Below, piece by piece: positions 7,919 through 10,146 of a DNA stretch of 10,146 nt. The notes beneath the pieces were generated by a model. It searched no databases and had not been told where the DNA came from. It saw only the letters and a program-made list of their open reading frames with translations. Made by a program: the position numbers and the translations under genes. The stretch's first letter is position 1, and the number at the start of each line of letters is the position of its first letter. Where the stretch lies: contig CBDBIJ010000082.1 in assembly GCA_965205655.1 (NCBI GenBank), forward strand, positions 1-10,146. Reading direction: 5' to 3'. Source of the DNA: Candidatus Latescibacterota bacterium (GTDB lineage Bacteria; Latescibacterota; UBA2968; UBA8231).

Positions 7919-7948
7919 TACCTGGGGATCGGCAGCGTTCAGGGAGCT

Positions 7949-9715
7949 ATGGGCAAAGACGACGAATTCTTCGATCTCGGAGACGGTGGAGCCGAAGAGT
8001 CAGACGGGGCAGGTCTGCCCGACGCGAGCTGGCACGACCTCGACGCCGGGCCTATGCACCCGGAAGGCGAGATCGACGACGAGCCGCTGCGTCTGGTCGA
8101 TCAAGTGCTGATTCTGCTTCCCGAGCGGGATCCGTCGCGGCCGTTGCTGTATCAACTTCGACGTCAGCTCATGGAGAGGGAGATCACCTTCCAGGAGGCG
8201 CGCCGTGCGCTCGTCGAGCTCGAGGCGGCGCTCGAAAAGGTGACGGCACCCGCCAATCGGGTCGGCATCTATCTGGGCTCACCGCGGCAGGGGATCGCGA
8301 CCATCTTCGTGGGCGGCACCGAGTATTTCGCCAACGTCGATCCCAGAGTGGAGCCTGACCAGCTCAGCGTCGGCACGCGGGTCCTGATGAACGAAGCCTA
8401 CGCCGTAGTCGGCGTCCTCGGCTACCCGCCGGCCGGACCGGTCGTGAAGATATCGGACGTGCTCGAGAGCGGCCGCTTGCGGATAGGCCAAGAGCACGGC
8501 ATGAACGACTTCGTACTCGAGCGTGCCGAGGAGTTGGAAGGTGTCGATTTGAAGGTGGGCGACGAAGTCCGCGCCGACCCGGCGATGAAGGTTGCTGTCG
8601 AGAGGCTTCAGTCGAAGGAGAGCAAGGAGTACTTCCTGGAAGAGATCCCGGTCATGTCGTGGGACAAGATCGGCGGTCAGGAGAACGCGATTCAGGCGAT
8701 CAGGGATACCATCGAGTTGCCCGCCCTCCATCCAGAGCTGTTCGAAAGGTTTCAGTACTCGACGCCTAAGGGGTTCCTGCTCTACGGCCCTCCCGGTTGT
8801 GGCAAGACCCTCATCGGCAAGGCGACGGCCTACAACCTCGTTCAGCACCTGCGGGAAGAAGAGGGGCTCGACGTCAAGGAGTATTTCATGCACGTCAAGG
8901 GCCCGGAGATTCTCAACATGTGGCTCGGCGAGACCGAGCGCATGGTGCGAGAGATCTTTGCGCAAGCGCGTCAGAAGCGAAAGGAAGGGTTCCTCCCCTT
9001 CGTCTTCATCGACGAGGCCGAGTCCGTCCTCGGAACAAGGCGCTCGATGCGCAGCCACCACATCGCCAACACGGTGGTGCCCATGTTCTGCACGGAGATG
9101 GACGGCATCGAATCCCTTCAGGACGTCGTCCTCATCCTCGCTTCCAACCGGCACGACCTGATCGACCCGGCCATCCTGCGTCCGGGGCGCATCGATCGCA
9201 AGATCAAAGTCGGGCGCCCGGATTTCGAGGCCACGAAGGAAATTCTGGGCATTTACCTGACCGACGATTTGCCGCTCGACCCCGGAGAGGTCGAAGCATC
9301 CGGCGGCGCGAGCGCCGCGAGGGAATCTATCATAAGCGACGCCTCAAACGTGCTTTTCAGCAGGACGGACGAGACGAGGTTTCTGGAAGTAGGCCTGCGG
9401 AGCGGCCGCCAGGAGGTCCTCCACTACGGCGACCTCGTGAGCGGGGCTCTCATCGACAATATCGTGCAGCGGGCAAAGGAGATGGCGATCAAGAGGGCCA
9501 TCGCCGAGAACGACGCCACCACAGGGATTCGGATCGACGATCTGACTTCGGCCATTCGGGCGGAGTACCGCGAAAACGAAGTGTTCCCGCCTTCCGATAG
9601 CGTCGAAGACTGGCTGACGCTGCTCGACTACGATCCCGAGAACGTGGTTCGGGTGGCGCCGGTGAAGTACGAGGACAAGGGCCAGGAGGCCTCACCTGCG
9701 GGGAACGTTATTTGA
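7949..9715 (+). CDS. arc: ARC/Mpa-type proteasome-associated AAA+ ATPase
   Basis: An N-terminal coiled coil (LRRQLMEREITFQEARRALVELEAALEKV) is followed by an OB-like interdomain. Motifs WDKIGG, IELPALHPELF, Walker A GPPGCGKT, KGPEILNMWLGETER, Walker B FIDEAES, SRH SNRHDLIDPAILRPGRIDRKIKV and SGALIDNIVQRAKEMAIKR. Adjacent to a Dop-like gene. Confidence 0.92.
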   Translation: MGKDDEFFDLGDGGAEESDGAGLPDASWHDLDAGPMHPEGEIDDEPLRLVDQVLILLPERDPSRPLLYQLRRQLMEREITFQEARRALVELEAALEKVTAPANRVGIYLGSPRQGIATIFVGGTEYFANVDPRVEPDQLSVGTRVLMNEAYAVVGVLGYPPAGPVVKISDVLESGRLRIGQEHGMNDFVLERAEELEGVDLKVGDEVRADPAMKVAVERLQSKESKEYFLEEIPVMSWDKIGGQENAIQAIRDTIELPALHPELFERFQYSTPKGFLLYGPPGCGKTLIGKATAYNLVQHLREEEGLDVKEYFMHVKGPEILNMWLGETERMVREIFAQARQKRKEGFLPFVFIDEAESVLGTRRSMRSHHIANTVVPMFCTEMDGIESLQDVVLILASNRHDLIDPAILRPGRIDRKIKVGRPDFEATKEILGIYLTDDLPLDPGEVEASGGASAARESIISDASNVLFSRTDETRFLEVGLRSGRQEVLHYGDLVSGALIDNIVQRAKEMAIKRAIAENDATTGIRIDDLTSAIRAEYRENEVFPPSDSVEDWLTLLDYDPENVVRVAPVKYEDKGQEASPAGNVI

Positions 9716-9759
9716 TCGGAAGGCGCCTGGCGCCCGAGGGCGCACACGCCCTACGAACT

Positions 9760-10146
9760 ATGAGCAAGCGGCTTTTCGGTCTCGAGACCGAGTACGGCAT
9801 CCAGGTAGACGGGGTGGACGAGGTAGACGTGGTGGTGGAGTCGATGGAGCTCATCCGCTGCTACCTGCGTGAAGATTTTGTCGCCCTCTGGGATTACGAC
9901 CTGGAGAACCCGCGCAAGGACATGCGAGGCTTCGAGGTCGACGAGCTCCTCAACGACAAGGACGAGACCGTCCACCTGCAACGTGACCGGGACCGTCGAA
10001 TTCCGCTGAAGGAGCTCAAGAGCGACCTCATCATCTCCAACGGCGCCCGGCTTTACAACGATCACACCCACCCCGAGTACTCGACCCCCGAGTGCTACAG
10101 TCTGCGCGACCTGATCGCCTTCGATCGAGCCGGCGATCGCATCGTC
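9760..10146 (+). CDS. dop: 3'-truncated Dop-like (PafA2 family) depupylase/deamidase
   Basis: Hand translation gives MSKRLFGLETEYGI...WDYDLENPRKDMRGF...NGARLYNDHTHPEYSTPEC...FDRAGDRIV. This contains the GhExE motif of the PafA/Dop family, the Dop-loop signature WDYxxExPxxDxRGF, and NGARLYxDHxHPEYS. The frame is open to the window edge and is absent from the ORF track. Confidence 0.88.
   Translation, partial: MSKRLFGLETEYGIQVDGVDEVDVVVESMELIRCYLREDFVALWDYDLENPRKDMRGFEVDELLNDKDETVHLQRDRDRRIPLKELKSDLIISNGARLYNDHTHPEYSTPECYSLRDLIAFDRAGDRIV

Noticed and set aside
7873..7936. Intergenic repeats as a mini CRISPR array
   Set aside because: The copies are directly adjacent with no spacers, there are only two full units, and no cas genes are present.
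7911..8111. 66-aa ORF as a possible Pup/UBact modifier
   Set aside because: It overlaps arc out of frame and ends in SIKC, not a G[EQ] terminus.
8279..9154. 291-aa minus-strand ORF and other alternative-frame ORFs (e.g. 475..1278, 3415..4188, 7046..7882, 8797..9600, 9751..10071)
   Set aside because: All lie almost entirely over well-supported genes and lack family motifs. They are explained by stop-codon scarcity at high GC.
9760..10146. Calling the last gene pafA (ligase)
   Set aside because: It carries the WDYxxExPxxDxRGF Dop-loop insertion that PafA lacks, and DHxHPEYS fits Dop better. The truncation leaves some uncertainty.

Overview
GC-rich bacterial chromosomal window with nine protein-coding regions and no recognisable RNA gene, mobile element or CRISPR array. 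In order: (1) the 3' part of a large secreted protein with Ig-like repeats, cohesin-like and dockerin-like segments and a FlgD-Ig/T9SS type-A-like C-terminal domain; (2-4) a probable operon encoding a phosphodiester glycosidase (NAGPA-like), an Ldh_2-family oxidoreductase and a Gfo/Idh/MocA oxidoreductase; (5-6) two tandem minus-strand MBL-fold hydrolase paralogs, one lacking the Asp of the HxHxDH motif; (7) signal peptidase I, probably leaderless, from a divergent promoter region; (8) an ARC/Mpa-type proteasome ATPase; (9) the 5' part of a Dop-like gene missing from the ORF track. The main signal is the start of a Pup/UBact-type proteasome locus in what looks like a non-actinobacterial, probably diderm host. 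Its ATPase ends in GNVI rather than GQYL, and a 23-bp tandem repeat lies upstream of it. All family calls come from motif recognition by eye, not database searches.
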